In this document: piece by piece, positions 62,301-64,000 of the stretch
Layout: each line of letters begins with the position of its first letter
Position numbering within the stretch: position 1 is the stretch's first letter
From: Leptogorgia sarmentosa
Lineage: Eukaryota
Assembly (NCBI GenBank): GCA_964658305.1
Contig: OZ210885.1
Span: forward strand, 10,106,001 to 10,170,000
Length of the DNA stretch: 64,000 nucleotides
Direction of reading: 5' to 3'
Program-made: the position numbers and the translations under genes
Notes under the pieces: model-generated
The model's database searches: none
Seen by the model: the letters and a program-made list of their open reading frames with translations, nothing else
What the model was told of the DNA's origin: nothing

Positions 62301-64000
62301 TGTTAATTTCCATCTATATCTTTGTAGCATGCAAGCATTTTATTCTATATTCAATGGTTACTTTCTATGTGCAAGCCCTGCGGACCGTGCAGTTCATATT
62401 TCTTCTCCCCCTCTGGAATAGTTTGTGACAACAAGTTTAATAAATTCATGATAACATGCTTCAACATCTGGCTACAGTTTAGGTATAACGGATAACTACA
62501 TCAATAAACAAAAATTGTTCAGACTAACTACTTGTCCCCCATTCCCCCCTGAAACAATCTTGTAACAACGATCTCACGCCATCTGGTTTGCTCAAAAAGA
62601 TCCAGGCAGAATTGTTAACGGGGGAAGGGGGGAAATATTAAAACAAATTGAAGAAGATCTGGATAAATTCATGTGTGAATATGGGAAAAATGTTTGAAAT
62701 AGCTAATTAAAAGTCTCATTTTGCACGGGAATTGTAGATCCATCCCTGTTTAGTTGTATTCATCCAGCATATTCCGTTTATTTTATATTGTAGTTGCGTA
62801 TGGATTACGCAATCTACCTCGTGACATGGTGGAAAGACCATCAGAAGTGAACGACATATTGAAACTACTTACGGAAGGAAATAATCGAGTTGGTGTGGTC
62901 GGGAATCGTAGCGGCGACGTCGTTGGTATCCGTGGTATGGGGGGTCTGGGTAAGACCATCTTAGCTCTGGCTGTCGCTTGGGCTGCCAAAGAATCTCGTC
63001 AGGTAATATGGCTTGATGTTGGAGAAACTCCAGACTGCTTATCACTCATTAACCTGCTTATAAAAGTTCTTGGTGGCGAAGCCTCGTTCACTGACATCCG
63101 GGCAGCGCAATCCTGGGTCACAGCAAACACGGTATGTGTGAATTATTTGAACTTTTTGTAATACTCATTGATGCGTTATTACACAAAATCGTTGTCAAAA
63201 GTTACTGGTGATGCAAATAGCGCGTTAACTATATAAACTTCCATTCATTCCGCCATAAGCGGAAAACAGGGAAAGTGATTAGCGTGATGAGATGGATATC
63301 AGGTTTTTTCGTTGCAAAGTAACGAACACATACGTAAGCTTTTTACCACTTACAGTATGCTTATCAGAAAGACGAGAGGATACACTAGTTGAGGGTCGAC
63401 CTTTTAATCAGTGCCATACATAGCCCGATAATGCGCGGGGATCATATTCATGTATATTCGTATTCTTAATGACTTTTTCGAAATCTAGTGTCTTTGAACT
63501 TAGTAAACGCGGATATATGAATGTGCCTTCTCCAATTATCGATTTGGCTACCCATCTATTGATAATTCTGAAGCAGTGGCAACGTTGCTTTACCTTCGAC
63601 CCAGTTAATTTTACCCAAGAAACTCGAAAAGCATCAGCACAACGACTGTATATAAAGCAGTTTTCTATGTATTGCAGAGTGACAAGGATTGCTTGGTGAT
63701 TCTTGATGATGTTTGGAGTGTAAACCACGCTTCTGTATTTGATCATCTCTCTGGAAAATGCCAATTATTAATAACTACAAGGAATTCTGAAGTTGTCCGC
63801 GGTTTACAAGGTTCTGCTTTGTATACACTGAAATTTTTAGAACGGACTGGATCTTACAAGCTCTTGTATCAAAGCGCCCAAGTCACCGAGGACGAGCAGT
63901 CTGAGTTTAGCTCAAACATGAGGCGAATTATAGAGGAATTGTTAAACCATTGCGGCGATCTACCGCTAGCTCTGTCCCTAGTAGGTTCAAGTTTAGCCGA
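56305..64000 (+). CDS. HEPN-like + coiled coil + NB-ARC (STAND/Apaf-1-like) protein, partial; exons 56305-56890, 57810-57904, 61327-61510, 62794-63131, 63678->64000
   Basis: All introns GT..AG and phase-compatible (1,0,1,0). DMSALLTII..RNPWAH (RxxxxH); P-loop GIRGMGGLGKT; Walker B LVILDDVW; LLITTR; CGDLPLAL (GxP motif). Confidence 0.85.
57344..57553. mobile_element. Small MITE
   Basis: TAGACTTTT ... AAAAGTCTA imperfect inverted termini. Confidence 0.5.
60565..61205 (+). mobile_element. Decayed Crypton (tyrosine-recombinase/DUF3504-type) element in an intron
   Basis: Broken coding remnant KKRNGDEYEPHT..VILRAVD..KQVLGGKAKQLR, resembling the CryptonA/ZMYM/KCTD1 N-region; ends shared with 30472-30992. 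Confidence 0.6.

Overview
AT-rich, intron-containing animal genomic DNA. The repeat and gene content resemble a cnidarian such as an octocoral (inference). (1) Two related tRNA/pseudo-tRNA clusters lie at ~1.5-8.1 kb and ~50.1-53.3 kb; the first contains a non-tRNA Pol III ncRNA candidate. (2) A nested transposon stack spans 12.35-23.5 kb. A degenerate palindromic MITE is split by a CACGGCGGGCT-terminated element (3-bp TSD, 12428-22685) that encodes a divergent RAG1/Transib-like DDE transposase and a convergent unknown ORF. That element's left end is interrupted by an apparently intact IS3EU-type element (12441-17671, ~310-bp TIRs, 6-bp TSD) encoding a DDE transposase and a spliced UBZ-CUE-HECT E3 ligase. 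An 8-bp-TSD MITE lies alongside. (3) A 7-exon minus-strand gene (32673-24272) splices in frame into a HEPN + truncated NACHT + DED + CHY/RING-H2 protein. (4) A broken BEL/Pao retrotransposon lies at 45.55-50.03 kb. (5) A plus-strand HEPN-like + NB-ARC gene runs from 56305 off the window end. Many MITEs and Crypton-like remnants fill the rest. All domain and family calls come from motif recognition by eye; no searches were run.
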